Below are positions 62,421-64,000 of a stretch of 64,000 nucleotides of DNA, piece after piece. Position numbers and translations under genes: made by a program. This stretch comes from a virus. Where the stretch lies: positions 24,711 to 88,710 of the IMG/VR virus record IMGVR_UViG_3300023179_000017, one strand, 5' to 3'. Position 1 is the stretch's first letter. Every line of letters starts with the position of its first letter. The notes below the pieces were generated by a model, which was given only the letters and a program-made list of their open reading frames with translations, was not told where the DNA came from and did no database searches.

Positions 62421-63076
62421 TCCTTAGTTTCCCAAGCTGTCTTCTTGCTTCGGACAAACGGCCAGTATCTTGCTCGGTGGATACCTATTTGCATTCCGAC
62501 TTTATCTAATCCCTGAAACTGTTTTTCGCAAGGATATCCTTTGTTGTTAAGCCAGTCGTAGTGCGGGTATTTCTCATGAAGTTTTATCATGATCTCATCT
62601 CGGTAGACTTTGGAGACGATGCTAGCTGCTGCAACAGCCAGGCTTTTTTCGTCAGCTCTTCTAATGAGTTTGTGTGGAATAGTGGTTGGAAGAGTAATCT
62701 CTCCGTCTACTAATAAGAAGTCTGGAGTAATGGGTTTTTTATTAGGCTTTGTGCAAGCAGCAACTGCTCGTAGCATTGCAAGCTTTACGGCATTTAACTT
62801 TCCTAAGTAGTCTATTTCGGATGGATATACTTCCCCGATTCCAATTCCAAGAGCCACTTGCCAAACTATTTCAGCGTGCTGTTTTCTGTAGCGTTCTGGA
62901 ATTTTTTTAGAATCATCTACCTCAAAAATTCTTAGGTCGTCTCTGTGAAGGTCTATCTTAGGTAAAATTACACAGGCAGCGCATAAGGGGCCAGCAATGT
63001 CGCTGACCCCAGATTCGTCAATTCCGCCTATGAACTCTCCCTCTTCATAAAACATTGAATCAAATGTGTTATCCAT
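62276..63076 (-). CDS. rnhB: ribonuclease HII with an altered GRG motif
   Basis: GIDESG..DIAGP, DDSKK, LVDG, ADEKSLAVAAASIVSKVYRD, NKGY. Confidence 0.85.
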   Translation of the reverse strand: MDNTFDSMFYEEGEFIGGIDESGVSDIAGPLCAACVILPKIDLHRDDLRIFEVDDSKKIPERYRKQHAEIVWQVALGIGIGEVYPSEIDYLGKLNAVKLAMLRAVAACTKPNKKPITPDFLLVDGEITLPTTIPHKLIRRADEKSLAVAAASIVSKVYRDEIMIKLHEKYPHYDWLNNKGYPCEKQFQGLDKVGMQIGIHRARYWPFVRSKKTAWETKEWSERRLKWKQITEDRLIKELGQATKRELFSVSNSLKSPLETVLSAPY

Positions 63077-63079
63077 AAA

Positions 63080-63643
63080 TTAACCAATTGGAGCTATCAT
63101 TACGCAGCTACCCCAATTGACTCCCATAATCAAAGGACTTCTGTAACCAGAAAAGTCTTTTAAAACTGTGACGACAGGATACTGCGAAAGCTCTACTAGG
63201 GCAATGCCTAGATACTTTGCATTTAATTTAACTGGATGAGGAAAGTTAAACGGATATCTATACACGCCTTCTTCGTGCTGCAGGCCGTTGGCATCCATGT
63301 AAACAATATCGTCTGGTGATTCATCGCAGACTTGTTTCATATGGCCCATGGTCTCAGCATTTATTTGACAATGCGCTTTCAGAGTTTCAAAAGGCGGTTT
63401 AAAGGCCTCAATGTCTGGATACGCATCTTCAAACGAGGTGATGTGCGGAGACACGGGTATTACAGAATCGTGAAGCCCCGCCTGATAGAAACCATCAGGC
63501 AGGTTCACAAAACGTCTAATAAGCACGTGTCCGTTTGTGATATTACAGGTTTTATTTACAACCCTAATAAAACGATACTGGTCTTTATCGCACAAGGCTA
63601 AAAGACGAGAAGCGTTTGTGATTCGTGGCTGTGTTGCGAGCAT
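63080..63643 (-). CDS. beta-sliding-clamp-like partial-fold protein
   Basis: ITNGHVL, YPDI and LNAKYL resemble clamp motifs ATDGHRL, FPDY and FNxxY. Confidence 0.4.
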   Translation of the reverse strand: MLATQPRITNASRLLALCDKDQYRFIRVVNKTCNITNGHVLIRRFVNLPDGFYQAGLHDSVIPVSPHITSFEDAYPDIEAFKPPFETLKAHCQINAETMGHMKQVCDESPDDIVYMDANGLQHEEGVYRYPFNFPHPVKLNAKYLGIALVELSQYPVVTVLKDFSGYRSPLIMGVNWGSCVMIAPIG

Positions 63644-63645
63644 AA

Positions 63646-63999
63646 CTACCTCACAAGGCTTTTAAACCAGTCAGCTATCCGGTCTAGGTTTCTTACGGCC
63701 CCTATGCCAGAAGCTTTTGATTTGTGTGTTACGTAATACGTCATTTGGTTATAGAGGTCCCACGCGCTGTGTCCTTCTGATAGAACGTTCTCAACTGCTT
63801 TGGGAATAACGTTGTTGTTGATAGCTCGTTGGAGCTGCTCTCTATAAACTTCCGGAGTCCAAGTAATGTCGGTCAAGTTTTTCCAACTCTCAACACTCTT
63901 TTGGAATCCGTAAATGACAGAGTCTGGATCAGGAAATTCTATTCCTTTAGTTCCGGTGTGCCTAAAAGTCATGGAGAACATGTCTTTAGATGACATCAT
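63646..63999 (-). CDS. DUF932-like protein; probably truncated at the window edge
   Basis: SAWDLYNQMTYYVTH. Confidence 0.45.
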   Translation of the reverse strand: MMSSKDMFSMTFRHTGTKGIEFPDPDSVIYGFQKSVESWKNLTDITWTPEVYREQLQRAINNNVIPKAVENVLSEGHSAWDLYNQMTYYVTHKSKASGIGAVRNLDRIADWFKSLVR

Positions 64000-64000
64000 G

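Noticed and set aside
50132-63076. Host chromosomal DNA or prophage boundary (ssb, rml, rnhB)
   Set aside because: These genes are interleaved with terminase, spike and portal genes; no integrase, att-linked tRNA or housekeeping operon is present.
1-64000. Stop-codon reassignment
   Set aside because: Long genes are open in the standard code, and TAG, TGA and TAA all end genes cleanly.
1-64000. tRNA, rRNA or tmRNA genes
   Set aside because: No cloverleaf or T-loop signature recognised in intergenic DNA by eye; tRNAscan-SE or ARAGORN would settle it.

Overview
This is a 64-kb internal segment of a large tailed dsDNA bacteriophage, probably with a contractile tail. It uses the standard genetic code, and no host housekeeping genes, tRNAs or CRISPR arrays were recognised. 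A Gram-negative host is inferred from lipoprotein signals and a spanin-like lipoprotein. Layout: (1) 0.8-30 kb, fibre/adhesin genes (a Ser-Gly-rich coiled-coil fibre, a 2284-aa Ig plus Asp-box propeller protein, four paralogous collar/C1q-like genes), interrupted by a nucleotide-sugar cluster (rmlB, rmlC, vioA-like, vioB-like, two glycosyltransferases; rmlD lies at 60 kb) and a lysis-like cassette. (2) 32-40 kb, head-region genes including a probable portal and small proteins sharing an N-terminal FxxGFxKxA motif. (3) 40-50 kb, a single-chain fused beta/beta' RNA polymerase with an atypical Gln-starting LAGLIDADG intein directly after the catalytic NADFDGD, followed by an SNF2 ATPase with a hydrophobic C-terminal tail. 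(4) 50-58 kb, ssb, baseplate spike, an inverted-repeat/AT-rich non-coding locus and an intein-containing terminase large subunit. (5) 58-64 kb, mostly minus-strand accessory genes (RmlD, CHAP hydrolase, a variant RNase HII, a clamp-like protein). Major capsid, sheath and DNA polymerase genes were not recognised. Best leads: the Gln1 intein; a candidate virion-glycosylation system (rhamnose plus N-acetylviosamine, possible Ser-Gly acceptor sites); a His/Cys metal-binding lipopeptide missed by the ORF track; a candidate capsid-targeting/cleavage motif; and a kissing-loop three-way-junction RNA just after terL. All family assignments come from motif recognition by eye, not database searches.
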